From the NCBI RefSeq assembly GCF_006345805.1, contig NC_043023.1, forward strand, positions 1,860,001 through 1,924,000: DNA of 64,000 nt. The letters are read 5' to 3'. This document shows positions 51,300-63,905 of the stretch, one piece after another. How positions within the stretch are numbered: the first letter of the stretch is position 1; each line of letters starts with the position of its first letter. The notes beneath the pieces were generated by a model, which searched no databases, was not told the origin of the DNA, and worked only from the letters and a program-made list of their open reading frames with translations. The position numbers were made by a program, and so were the translations under genes. This DNA comes from Octopus sinensis (taxonomy: Eukaryota).

Positions 51300-52135
51300 C
51301 TATGTTATGCCATATTTCTGTCATGAAATTGTCCAAAGCACCCTTTACACAAGGGCACTTGGCAAAACGAACACATATATGAGGTCTCTACCTGGTACCC
51401 TTTTGAAGTTTTTCTTTTTTGTAGTGAATACAGTCTGCAAACTTTTTTGCTTCCGTTTATCTTTTCACCTTTATGAAAGTCAATATTTTCTCTGTTGACA
51501 TCCACCTCAGTTAATTTTGCTTTTCTCCCAGTTCTATGCTTTCTAGAAGAAAAGCCCTCATGTAACTGAGATGTCTACCCGAAATTTCAAGTGTCCGTAG
51601 TCCTCTGGTGGCTGAGGTACCTTGTGGTTTTTTACATATACAATATATGAATTTACAGTCGTTAAATTTACTAAAAACCACAAAATGTACCTCCACCATT
51701 TCTTCCCAGGTCGACCAACTGGGTAATATGCCTGATATTGGTCAGATTTATCAACCCCACCCTTATGTTTGTTATAAGAAATATTCACAAGGGGTTTCCT
51801 CTCAGTGCCAACACCAGGTTGTTCATTAGAAGACAGAAATAAAATCTGTCTTTTGTCTTTAAAAGCAGTAACTAATAAATTTTCTTTTTGGCTTTTGCAA
51901 AATGTCCCTTCTTTTTTTTAATTTTGTTTTTATTTCATGGGGTAAACCTTTACGGTTTCCCATAACAGTACTGCACATGTAAGTGCTTACATGGGCAAGA
52001 TTTTCAGCTGAAGCCATTGAAGAAAAAAAACGGTCAAAATAGAGGAGTCGGTGCTGATGGTGAAATGGTTCACTAAGAGACCATACAAAATCATGTCCCA
52101 ATCCATGCGGTCCGTTTCCATTATATTTTTTTTAC
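51300..52135 (-). mobile_element. piggyBac-type transposase, C-terminal half, frameshifted
   Basis: GLG..VW.L...YFDRFFSS, TVMGNRKGLP, FKDKRQILFLSS, YNKHKGGVDKSDQ...KKWWRY, C-terminal CSFCQVPLCKGCFGQFH. Confidence 0.88.
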
Positions 52136-52139
52136 CAAT

Positions 52140-52687
52140 CCATTCTGTAAAGTGGTTGGCATTAGGAAGTGCATACAACTGTGGAAACCATGCCAAAGCA
52201 GACCTCACTAGTGCTTCTGCTACCTAAAAAGCACCCAGTCAACTCTGTTAAGTGGTTGGCATTAGGAAGGGCATCCAGCTCTGAAAACCATGCCAAAGCG
52301 GACATCACTAGTGCTTGCGCTACCTAAAAAGCACCCACTCAACTCTGTGAAGTGGTTGGCATTAGGAAGGGCATCCAGCTGTGAAAACCATGCCAAAGCG
52401 GACATCACTAATGCTTGCGCTACCTAAAAAGCACCCAGTCAACTCTGTGAAGTGGTTGGCATTAGGAAGGGCATCCAGCCGTAGAAACCATACCAAAGCA
52501 AACCTCACTGGTGCTTGTTCCACATAAAAAGCACCCAGTCTCTGTAAAGTGGTTGGCATTAGGAAGGGCATCCAGCTGTAAAAATATTCAGAGCCCGAGC
52601 AACGCTTCAACTGGCCGGTTTTTGTCAAGACATCCAACCCATGCCAGCATGGAAAACAGACATCAAATGAGGATAATGATGATGATA
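52140..52687 (+). repeat. Five ~100-bp tandem units amplified from SINE C, ending in the SINE C tail
   Basis: gtggttggcattaggaag at 52152, 52252, 52352, 52452, 52549. Confidence 0.9.
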
Positions 52688-53441
52688 ATAATAATAATGA
52701 AATTATTGTATATTGTATACAGTGCTCAGGTGCACCACAACTTGTCAGAAAGTGTGTATAAAGTCTGGAAAGCGAACAATGTATGAGTCAGATATATGTT
52801 TGTGTGTGTATAGAGGGGAGAAAATCAGGTGTAGTGTTGGCGAATCTCAGGAAGCATGGAAGTTTTGAAGGATGCAGTGCTCCGACAACTAACAACTGAT
52901 GCCGGCAGTTTGTTCCATGCTTCAGCAACTCTAAGCATGAAAAAATGTTTCCGAAAGTCATGGGAGCTGTGCTGTTTTCTGGCTTTGTAAATATGTCCAC
53001 GGGTGCTAGACGGGTGGAGTTTGAAAAGGTGCTCAGAGTTATTGCTTGTGAGATGGTTGATAATTTTATGGGTGTCTGCCAAGTCAGCTGCCAGACGTTG
53101 GAGTTTCAATGTATCCATGCCCAGAGAAGTAAGGCATTCAGAATATGGCAAATGCCTGATGGAGGGTATTCTCTTGGTGGGTGCTCAGAGTTATTGTTTG
53201 TAAGATGGTTGATAATTTTATGGGTGTCTGTCAAGTCAGCTGCCAGACGTCGGAGTTTCAATGTAGCCATGCCCAGGGAAGTAAGGCATTCAGAATATGG
53301 CAAATACCTGATGGTGGGTATTCTCTTGTTCGCACGTCGCTGAACGGCTTCCAGACGATTGATATCCTGGGCAAGATAGGGGTTCCAGACCGGTGATGCA
53401 AATTCCAGGTGAGGTCTTACCATAGCTATATAAAGTCGCAG
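52688..53441 (-). mobile_element. 5'-truncated CR1-clade LINE with 13-bp TSD and internal 152-bp duplication
   Basis: LYIAMVRPHLEFASPVWNPY...EAVQRRA...RVAEAWNKLP; (ATT)n tail; TSD aatgatgatgata at 52675 and 53442. Confidence 0.9.
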
Positions 53442-54861
53442 AATGATGATGATATTTATGATCATATTTATTTAATTCTGTTTTTCATGGATTGAAAAGA
53501 ACAGCCACACAAGACGACTGTACTAAAGTCTACTTTCACTTTTGGCATGGTTTCTACAGCTGGATGTCTTGCATATCACCGATCACTGTACGCCAGCATT
53601 TAAGAAAAAACTAACCATAATCATTCGACTAAAAACTCTTCAATGTTGTGCCCCAGCATGACCGTAGTCCTACGACTGAAACGTGTAGACAATAAGAGAT
53701 AAATAGACACACATGCTGAAATAGGTGAAAGACAAATATATAAAGAAAATCAATTGAGGCAGACAGACGGACAGAGAGACAGGCAGGCAGGCAGGCGGAA
53801 AGACACACAGACAGATTTTACTGTGACGCTCCATGTTGTTTTAATGAAATTTTGTGAAATTACGTCGTGTAGGGCATGGGTGGTGTGGCGACGGTGGTGA
53901 TGATTTTTCTGTGTGCATTTCAATGTGTCAGAGTGTGTATTTTTTGTATTCTTATATATACATGTGTGCGCGTGTGTGTGCATTTGTTATATTTATATAT
54001 TGACAGCTATGTGTATCTATGCATGTAATGTATACATACACACACATATATACATACATGTCTCAAAATATACACAAATATATATACTCATATCTTCATA
54101 TATACATGCTGTATATATATATATTTTTATAGATATAGATACATGTATATACATACACACACTCATATATATATATATATACATATATATATGCATGTAT
54201 ATATATATATGTATGTATGTGTATATATATATATGTATATATGTGTATATACATATATAAATGTACATACATAAATATGTGCATATATATATATATACAT
54301 ATTTACATATACAGTTATCTATACAAACATACATGCATACACACACATGCACTCACATATATACACACATTCACAGGCGTGCATGTGCACACGTGTGTTT
54401 GTGAATATGCATGTGTATACACACATACATGCGTGTACATGGATGTATTTGCACTTTGCACTGTTCAAGACCAAACACACTCCACTACCCCACCACCCAC
54501 GACCACCACCGCCGCCGCGGCCACCCTACTCCCCACCCCTTCTACCCCAACCAACGAGAACCTCTTTAAAAAGCAGTAAAAATCATTTATTAAACCCTGA
54601 TACCGAACTTCTAATATTGTTTTATGATCTTAAAGAATTTTCAACGTTTTATTGAAAACAAATTTATCTTCAGCCTTTTGCACTTTTATTGTCAAATTCC
54701 TTGGTTACGATAAGTCTAGCTGCTGCTGTCAGCTACCTGCTTCCTTGCGGTTAGCTAGACCTGCTAGAAATGGCAGTCAATCTCCCTTAAGCCTTTAGCT
54801 TTCAGATTCCCCTATCAAATGTAAATCTTATTTATTCACATCGAGTTAAATTAATAATAAT

Positions 54862-55092
54862 TATATTTCTTTACTACCCACAAGGGGCTAAACACAGAGG
54901 GGACAAACATGGACAGACAAAGGGATTAAGTCGATTATACCGACGCCAGTGCGTAACTAGTACTTAATTTATCAACCCCGAAAGGATGAAAGGCAAAGTC
55001 AACCTCGGCGGAATTTGAACTCGGAACGTAACGACAGACGAAATACAGCTACACATTTCACCCGGCGTTTTAACGTTTCTGCCAGCTCACCG
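54862..55092 (-). mobile_element. SINE family B
   Basis: Family match. Confidence 0.85.
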
Positions 55093-55093
55093 G

Positions 55094-55735
55094 TATAATA
55101 ATAATGAAATTATTGTATACAGTGCTCAGGTGCACCACAACTTGTCAAAAGTGCATATAAAGTATATGCAGTAATGTACAAATGTCTGGGAAGTGAACAG
55201 TGTAATGAGTCAGATACATGCTTGTGTGTGTATGGAGGGGAGAAAATCAGGTGTAGTGTTGGCAAATCTCAGGAAGCATGGAAGTTTTGAAGGATGCAGT
55301 GCTCCGACAACTAACAACTGATGCCGGCAGTTTGTTCCATGCTTCAGCAACTCTTAGCATGAAAAAAGGTTTCTGAAAGTCATGTGAGCTGTGCTGTTTT
55401 CTGACTTTGTAAACATGTCCACAGGTGTTAGACAGGTGGAGTTTGAAAAGGTGCTCAGAGTTATTGTTTGTAAGATGGTTAATAATTTTATGGGTGTCTG
55501 CCAAGTCAGCTGCCAGACGTCGGAGTTTCACTGTATCCATGCCCAGGGAAGTAAGGCATTCAGAATATGGCAAATGCCTAATGGAGGGTATTCTCTTGGT
55601 TGCACATCGCTGAACGGTTTCCAGACGATTAATATCCTGGGCAAGATAGGGGTTCCAGACCGGTGATGCAAATTCCAGGTGAGGTCTTACCATAGCTATA
55701 TAAAGCCTCAGATAGATAGCCAGAGAGCGGCTCAC
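55094..55735 (-). mobile_element. 5'-truncated CR1-clade LINE (second copy)
   Basis: ORF 55247..55735 SRSLAIYLRLYIAMVRPHLE...; same 3' UTR and tail as the 52688 copy. Confidence 0.9.
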
Positions 55736-55924
55736 AAAGGACTTAAGAAAAGTCTTGGGGTTGATTTGCTTAACTAAAAACCCTCCAAAGCAGTGCTACA
55801 GCATGGCCGCAGTCAAAATAATTGAAACAAGTAAAAGAATAAAACTGTCACCTGTTGTTCTTATGTGAAAGACTCTCCAGGTATGGCATTGTCTACAAGA
55901 GATGTTCTTCTTACCAATATGAAA

Positions 55925-56263
55925 TCTCTATATATAAAGCTGAAGTTGTCTGTGTATGGCAGTTTTGGTAGCCTTCAACTAACACTATCTCCTCTGAGAC
56001 CCTGTGGTGAAAAGTTGACCAAAATTGAGATTATGATAGAAGAAGGCTTGCTCTTCCATCTCTAGAAGAAAAAATTCAAATCGGACCATGTTAACACCAA
56101 AATTTATTTACATCAAAAAGGTGCTTTTTTTCTATGAAAATCCCTATTTTTTAAAGATTTTTTTTACTGCTATGTCGCCATTTTTCAGTATATTTCAACC
56201 AGAAAAATGTTCACTTAAAGAGAATAACAAGCTTCATAATGCTACAAAAGGCGATACTGCTAG
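55925..56263 (+). mobile_element. Helitron H1 (3' hairpin deleted)
   Basis: A|TC start, CTAG|T end. Confidence 0.8.
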
Positions 56264-56271
56264 TAAATAAA

Positions 56272-56663
56272 TCTCTCTATATATAAAGCTGAAGTTGTCT
56301 GTGTGTGGCAGGCTTGATAGCCTTCAACTAACACTATCTCCTCCGAGACCTTGTGGCGCAAGTTGACCAAAATTGAGAGTATGATAGAAGAAGGCTTGCT
56401 CTTCCTTCTGTAGAAAATAAAATTCAAATCGGACCATGTTAACACCAAAAATTATTTACATCAAAAACGTGCTTTTTTTCTATGAAAATCCCTATTTTTT
56501 ACGATTTTATGACTGCTGTGTGGCTATTTTTCAGTGAATTTCAACCAGAAAAATGTTCACTTAAAGAGAAAAACAAGCTACATAATGCAAAATTTTTACT
56601 TTTCAAAAATTCCAATTTTAAAGGGCCGAAACAAACCCGAGCAACACCAGGCGATACTGCTAG
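56272..56663 (+). mobile_element. Helitron H1 (tandem second copy)
   Basis: A|TC start, hairpin, CTAG|T end. Confidence 0.85.
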
Positions 56664-56890
56664 TACTTGTAAAAGCGGCTAAGCTGGCAGGACCACTGAT
56701 GCATTGAATGGAATGCTTAATGGCATTTCATCCATCTTTACATCATTCTGAATTTAAATGCTCTTCAAGGTCAACTTTTCCTTTTGTCCTTTTGGGGTCA
56801 ATAGAATAAATAAGTACCAAACTGAGGTCAATGCAATCAGTTTAACCACATCACTCAAAATTGCTGATCGTGAGCAAAAATTTGAAACCA

Positions 56891-57255
56891 TTATTACCTC
56901 CGTCTTAGCAAAGGCAGAGGTATTGTTTTCAGTTGTGTTTGTTTGTGGAGAAGATATCTCAAGAACCGCTGAATGGATTCGGATGAAACTCTCAGGGACA
57001 TTTGGCCCGTGACTGGCACAAACTGATTAGATTTTGGGATCGACCCTATACCAGACAAGGATTCTGGAGTATTTTTCCTGTTTTTTATTTTTTACTTAAT
57101 TTTTCAGTGCAGTCAGGTTCATTTTTAGTATTCTCGTTTGTGAGAGCAGTCGAGTTTATTTCAGATATTCTCATTTTAGAAATCATCTCCAGATAATTGT
57201 TAAGAGGACATTGGTCTTGCCTTGAAGAGGTTTGCGCTCTCTGAGTGCTCTTGTT
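56891..57255 (+). mobile_element. Helentron/HINE-like non-autonomous element
   Basis: 5' ttattacctccg..., 3' gagg...gcgctctctgagtgc stem-loop...ttgtt. Confidence 0.55.
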
Positions 57256-57277
57256 ATAATAATTATTATTATTTTAA

Positions 57278-57497
57278 CCCTTTCATGACCAACCCGGCTG
57301 AAACCAGCTCTGGCTCTTTAGTATAAATGTCTTGTTTTCATAAGTTTTGAATTAAAATCTTCCACCGAACCTTAGTCACAATTTATGTTCCTAACACTAG
57401 CTGAATGATAACAAAATTATTTTACTAAATTCTTTGTTAAATTTAAAGTAATGAAAGAAACACAGAGCATCTCAAAATAAATACAGCAATTAAAGGG
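57278..57497. mobile_element. piggyBac-type MITE (220 bp), copy 1
   Basis: TTAA|CCCTTT...AAAGGG|TTAA. Confidence 0.9.
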
Positions 57498-57631
57498 TTA
57501 AATTAAAAAATTTGACAGTGTGATTGTTTATTTTTAGAAGGACATTGTAGTACAGGTGTGAGGGGCCAATGTGTACTTAAAACAAGATTTGGCTGCTATT
57601 TCTAACAAGTGTAACAAAATCTGCAAATTAA

Positions 57632-57851
57632 CCCTTTCGTTACCAACCTGGCTGAAACTGGCTCTGGCTCTTTAGTACAAATGTCTTATTTTCATAAGGT
57701 TGAATTAAAATCTTCCACCAAAACTTAGTCACAATTTATGTTCCTAACACTAGCTTAATGGTAACTAAGTTATTTTACTAAATTCTTTGTTATATTTAAA
57801 GTAATTGAAAGAAACACAGAGCATCTCAATAGTAATATGGTAATGAAAGGG
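57632..57851. mobile_element. piggyBac-type MITE, copy 2
   Basis: TTAA|CCCTTTCGTTACCA...TGGTAATGAAAGGG|TTAA. Confidence 0.9.
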
Positions 57852-57882
57852 TTAAAATATATAATAGAGAAACAATTCTTAA

Positions 57883-58103
57883 CCCTTTTGATACCAACCT
57901 GGCTGAAACCACCTCTGGCTCTATAGTACAAATGTCTTGTTTTCAAAAGTTTTAAATTAAAATCTTCCACCAAACCTTAGTCACAATTTATGTTCCTAAC
58001 ATTAGCTGAATGATAACTAAGTTATTTTACTAAATTCTTTGTTATATTTAAAATTAATTGAAGGAACACAGAGCATCTCAAAATAAATACAGTAACGAAA
58101 GGG
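57883..58103. mobile_element. piggyBac-type MITE, copy 3
   Basis: TTAA|CCCTTTTG...CGAAAGGG|TTAA. Confidence 0.9.
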
Positions 58104-58659
58104 TTAATGCAGTGAGTTGGTAGAACCGTGAGCATGCCAGACGAAATGCCTAGTAGCATTTCATCCACATTCTGAGTTCAAATCCTGTTGTGGTCAACTT
58201 TGCCTTTCATCGTTTCAGGGTCAATAAAATAGATCTAAGTTGAGCCCTGGGATTAAGCTAATTGACTTAACCCCTTTCCTGAAATTGCTGGCATTTTGCC
58301 AAAGTTTGAAACAAATATGGAATACTGGTACCACAATTTTACTACATGTCCCCAAAGACCTGTTGCAACATTAGAAAAATAAATAGTTTCCATAAACATT
58401 TTTCAGATAAAGAATATTGCTTTGCAACCACATGGTTTTGAGTTCAATCCTATTGCACAACACCTTGTGCAAATGTCTTCTATTATAGCCCAAGGCCACC
58501 CTAAGAATTGTGGGTGGATTTGGTAGATGGAAACTAAAAGAAGCTATCCATCACCCTTTCTGCCACTCTGCATCACCAGTAACTTCGTTTCCGTTATTTT
58601 TACATCCATTTTGCAATGCTTGCATTGGTCATCTTGATCCCTACAGGATGATTTTTCTG

Positions 58660-58777
58660 TCATATATATATATAATTATAGACATATATTATATAGATAT
58701 ATGTATATTATATATATATATATATAGACATATATATATATATATATATATGTATAATATATATATATATATATATA

Positions 58778-58814
<37 letters not shown>

Positions 58815-58984
58815 TTGTATGTATGTATATATATTTATATATCTATTGATTCATCTCTATATAACTTTGTATGTATGTTACGTATGCATATATGTATATA
58901 TATGTGTGTGTGTGTATACATGCATATACATATATATATACATATATATATGTATGTATGTGTATATATATATAATATATATAT

Positions 58985-59041
<57 letters not shown>

Positions 59042-59329
59042 GATAGATAGATAGATAGATAGATAGATAAATATATCGATACAATCATACATATGTATAT
59101 ACACATATACATACATAAATACATACATATATATTTTTTCATATATATAATATATTAACTCATTCATATGTATAGACATAAATATCCACACACACACATA
59201 TATATATATATACATACATTTGCACACACACATATATACATATACAGATATATATACATACACATATATATACATATATGTATATACATATACATACACA
59301 TGCATATACATACATATAATATATATATA

Positions 59330-59373
<44 letters not shown>

Positions 59374-60294
59374 TATACATGTACATATATATATAACACA
59401 TATATATACATTGATACATACACACACATGCACACACACACACACACGCAAACACGCGACAAAGCATTGAAGTTGCCGGAGATGAAAGCTAAACTAAGTT
59501 ATCCCATTATACACCAAACATACACTACATTTATATATACACCATATACACATATACGCATAATCATATTTCATATAATCACATATAAATATAATTCTAT
59601 TTCATACATATAAATTTAGAAAACATGTCCACATTGTCTAGATTTAGTCCTGGAATTGGTAAGAATTTAGTTATGGCATGAAACAGTATCAGCCATTTCT
59701 CTGCGACGTCTATCTTTGTAGTTTTGTTCAGTTCCAGTGTTGATAAGAATCGGTTGCTATGAAGATGGCAAGGCATTGCGATTTGTCTGAGATGAAAGCC
59801 AAACTAAATAATTATGTTATATACTACTATGTGGGTATGTGTGCGTTGGTTAGGGAGAGTGTGTGTGTGTGTATATATATATATTATGTAGTTATATGCG
59901 TATACATACATATGTATGTTTGTATATGTATCTTTCAATGTGTACATTTGTACAGGTATATATATATATATATATATATATGGATATGTATATATATATG
60001 TGTGTGTGTATACATATATTTATGTATAAATATATATATATGTATATATATGTATATATATGTGCGTGTGTGCATAAATATATGTATATATATATTTATA
60101 TATATATATTTGTATGTGTATATCTATATTTATACATATATATATATACGTATATATATATATATTTGTGTGTGTGTATATATATATATATATGTGTGTA
60201 TGTGAGTAGATATACATATACATATATATATATATATATGCACACATACATATATACACACACACACATATATATACGTGCATATATATACATG

Positions 60295-60334
<40 letters not shown>

Positions 60335-60357
60335 TATATATATATATTTATATATGC

Positions 60358-60416
<59 letters not shown>

Positions 60417-60430
60417 TATGTATGTATATA
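58660..60430. repeat. TA/GATA/CA microsatellite fields (with a short non-microsatellite patch ~59450-59840)
   Basis: Direct reading. Confidence 0.85.
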
Positions 60431-60979
60431 GATGTTTGTATCATTGTATTTCCTTTCTATATGTTGGAAAATAAGTCCAGATTTAGTTCAGAAATTTGTC
60501 AAAATTAAGTTATTCCTTGAATGGCGCCGAATTGACAGGGTTGTTAGTGTAATTGACAGAATGCATCACGGCATTACATCTGACTCTGTGTGCTTTGAGT
60601 TCAAATTCAAATGACGTCAATTTTGCATTCTATACTTCCAGGGTTGGTAGAATAGTACCATACATGCTGGATGAGTGTGTGGTTGAGAAACTTGCTTTAC
60701 ACCCATGTGGTTTTGAGTTCAGTCCCACTGCATGGCATTTTGGAAAAGTACCTTCTACTATAGACTTGGTCTGATCAAAGCTTTGTGAGTGGATTTGGTA
60801 AATGGAAACTGAAAGAAGCCTTGAAGGTGGACCAAGAACAAGGTGGATAACATCCAGTCTCAGTTGAATACAGCTTGGGAATCCAGCCAGTACGAGTAAG
60901 GGTGGTTGCTTCTTATAGAAGGTGCTTCAGATCTCTACCCCGATGACCCTTCCAAGAATAGGGGGCAAAGACAGATGGA

Positions 60980-61321
60980 CATGTGTGTGTGTTGTATTTG
61001 TGTGTGTGTGTTTGTGTTTGTGTGTGTTTGTGTGTGTTAGTGTGTGTGTGTTTGTGTATGTGTGTGTTTGTGTGTGTTTGTGTGTGTGTGGTTTGTGTGT
61101 GTGTGTTTGTGTGTGTTTTGTGTGTGTGTTTTTGTGGTTGTTGTGTTTGTGTGTGTGTGTGTGTGTGTGTTTTGTGTGTGTGTTTGTGTGTGTGTGTTTG
61201 TGTGTGTTTGTGTGTGTGTGGTGTGTGTGTGTGTTTGTGTGTGTGTTTGTGTGTGTATGTTGTGTTTGTGTGTGTTTGTGCGTGTTGTGTGTGTGTTGTG
61301 CGTGTGTGTGTGTGTTTGTGC

Positions 61322-61367
<46 letters not shown>
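60980..61367. repeat. Degenerate (GT)n tract
   Basis: Source of C/V-rich ORFs. Confidence 0.95.
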
Positions 61368-61369
<2 letters not shown>

Positions 61370-61399
61370 CATCATCAAGACCAGTTCTTCAAGTTGAGT

Positions 61400-62070
61400 C
61401 AATTTGGCAGGAGACCACGATTGAGTCAGATAATATTTATTGTCTCAGTTAGTTACACTTGGGATTCGAACCAGAAAATCTAATGACATTTGCTTGTGAG
61501 AGGACCCTATGTAGGGGGTACATGAGGGCTCTAACCTAGGAGTAGACCAAGAACAAAATGGCTGGATAATATTTATACTCCCTTTTGGTAAACCTGCAGG
61601 AAAGTGTAATGATGGTTCACCAAACATAACCAACCCTATAGAGGAGGTGCCTGAGGACTCTACCCCATGACCACCAGGAGACACAGGAATAAATTAAGGA
61701 GAAGATGGTTGAATAATATCCATATAGTCTTGGGAATCCAACCAAAAAGGGTAATGACAGTTGCTTATGATAGAACCCTATGGTGGAAGTAGCTGAGGTC
61801 TCTAACACCATACATGATAGGAGACCTAAGGTTAGACCAACAATGAGATGGTTGGATGACATCTATAGTCTTGGTTGGTCATGCTTGGAAATCCAGCTTC
61901 TGGTTGGACCCTATGGAAGAGGGTGCTTGAGGAATCTAGCCCCTCAACTGAAAGGAGACCTAGGGATAGACAAAGAATGAGATGGTTTGAATAATATCCA
62001 TAGTCTTGGTTGGTCATGCTTGGAAATCCAGCCAGAAAGTATAATGGTGGTTGCTTCTGATCTTTCCTAG
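61400..62070 (+). repeat. ~135-bp degenerate tandem repeats of an RTE LINE C-terminus
   Basis: RRPKVRPTMRWLDDI, RRPRDRQRMRW, PRSRPRTKWLDNI; related single unit at 60820-60975. Confidence 0.6.
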
Positions 62071-63013
62071 AATATTAGGTGGAGCAGATGGATAGATAGA
62101 ACCAAGTATTCTTTGACTGGGTGAGTGAGTATTTAAAAATACCCCATGGAGTGATGTCCCTGCCTGGCATACTTAAGGGTTGCCTTTTGGCAAGGCATAA
62201 AAAACATAAGGGAAAGTTAACTTGTTGAGTCAGACCAATTCATTAAGCTGGTTTCCCAGTTTCCGTGTCATATATATTCCTCATCTGGAAGGGACAAGGG
62301 TCCATCAGAGGATTACTCATTCCTTGCAAGCTGAGTGGACTGGAGCAACATGAAACAAAGTGTTCTACTCAAAAATACAACACATCACCCAGTCCAGGAA
62401 TTGAAACCACAATCTTACAATCATGAGTCTAACACCCTGACCACTGCCATGCACCTTATTAACCCTGAAGGGATGAAAGGCAAAGTCGACCTTGGCAGAA
62501 TTTGAACTCAGAATGTAAAGACAGATGAAATACCACTAAGCTTTTCACCCAGCATGCTGACATTTCTGCCAGGTTGCCACCTGTGGTGAAAATGATATTG
62601 GAAACATTATGGCAATATGGTTGAAGATTACATCAACCACAATTCCTGATTTCACAGAAAAGACTAGCCCACAATACAATCTACCTCCTGATGCTCAACC
62701 ATTGGACTATCTATTTTTATTTTTACCGAAAAGTTTTTTTGATACTGTCAAGGAGGAAAGAGATATTCTCAATGCATAATTTCTATTTGTGGAAGACCCG
62801 ATCTACCATGGCAGCCAACTGATTCTTCAGAAATGCAAGCCTTTTTAACTACAAACATTAAGTTTGGTATCAAGCAGTTTCCTCAACTGTGGAACTACTG
62901 GAATCCTGATATAAGGTATGGTGATCCATATATCTCCCAGCATTATGTCAAAACATAGTTAATTTAGATATTGTTTATGCAAAAGGCCATAAGGTACCTC
63001 TGCCACCAAAGTA

Positions 63014-63223
63014 GCCATTTAAGAATTTGGACCTGGAGATCTTCATTTCCAGCAACTTCGAGGGCCACCTCCCAGTGGTGTCAGGTGTCAATGAAGAGCC
63101 CTCAACTACAAGACGACCAAAGTCTTTTTTTTTTCCAAAGGTCTGGGGTCTCCCGCCCCTAAGCCCTAGACCATCACCTAATCACCCTTACCCGTCTTGT
63201 TGCTTAACAACACAACAATAACA
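63014..63223 (+). mobile_element. 210-bp retroposed fragment with (AAC)-rich tail and 12-bp TSD
   Basis: gccaccaaagta at 63002-63013 and 63224-63235. Confidence 0.75.
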
Positions 63224-63465
63224 GCCACCAAAGTACTATGACCATTTGAAATTTCGGGTTGACAGCGCATCTCAGTTACGAGAGGGCTTTTAATGTAAAA
63301 AGCACAGAACTGGGAGAAAAGCAAAATTGACTGAGGTGGATGTCAACAGAGAATATTGACTTTCATAAAGAGGGAAAAATAAGTGGAAGGAAAAAAGTTT
63401 GCAGACTGTATTGGCTGCAAAAAATGAAAAACTGTGAAAGGATATCAGGCCGAGACCTCATATAT

Positions 63466-63905
63466 ACTCTTTACTCTTTTACTTGTTTCAGTCATTTGAC
63501 TGTGGCCATGCTGGAGCACCGCCTTTAGTCAAGCAAATCGACCCTGGGACTTATTCTTTGTAAGCCCAGTACTTATTCTATCGGTCTCTTTTGCCGAACC
63601 ACTAAGTGACGGGGACGTAAACACACCAGCATCAGTTGTCAAGCAATGCTAGGGGGACAAAAACAGACACACAAACACACACACACACATACATACATAA
63701 TATATATTATATATATATATATATAATATACATATATACGACGACAGGCTTCTTTCAGTTTCCGTCTACCAAATCCACTCACAAGGCATTGGTCGGGCCC
63801 AAAGCTATAGCAGAAGACACTTGCCCAAGATGCCACGCAATGGGACTGAACCCGGAACCATGTGGTTGGTTAGCAAGCTACTTACCACACAGCCACTCCT
63901 GCGCC
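63466..63905 (-). mobile_element. SINE family A, full length
   Basis: Inserted in the piggyBac Cys-rich-domain coding region. Confidence 0.9.
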
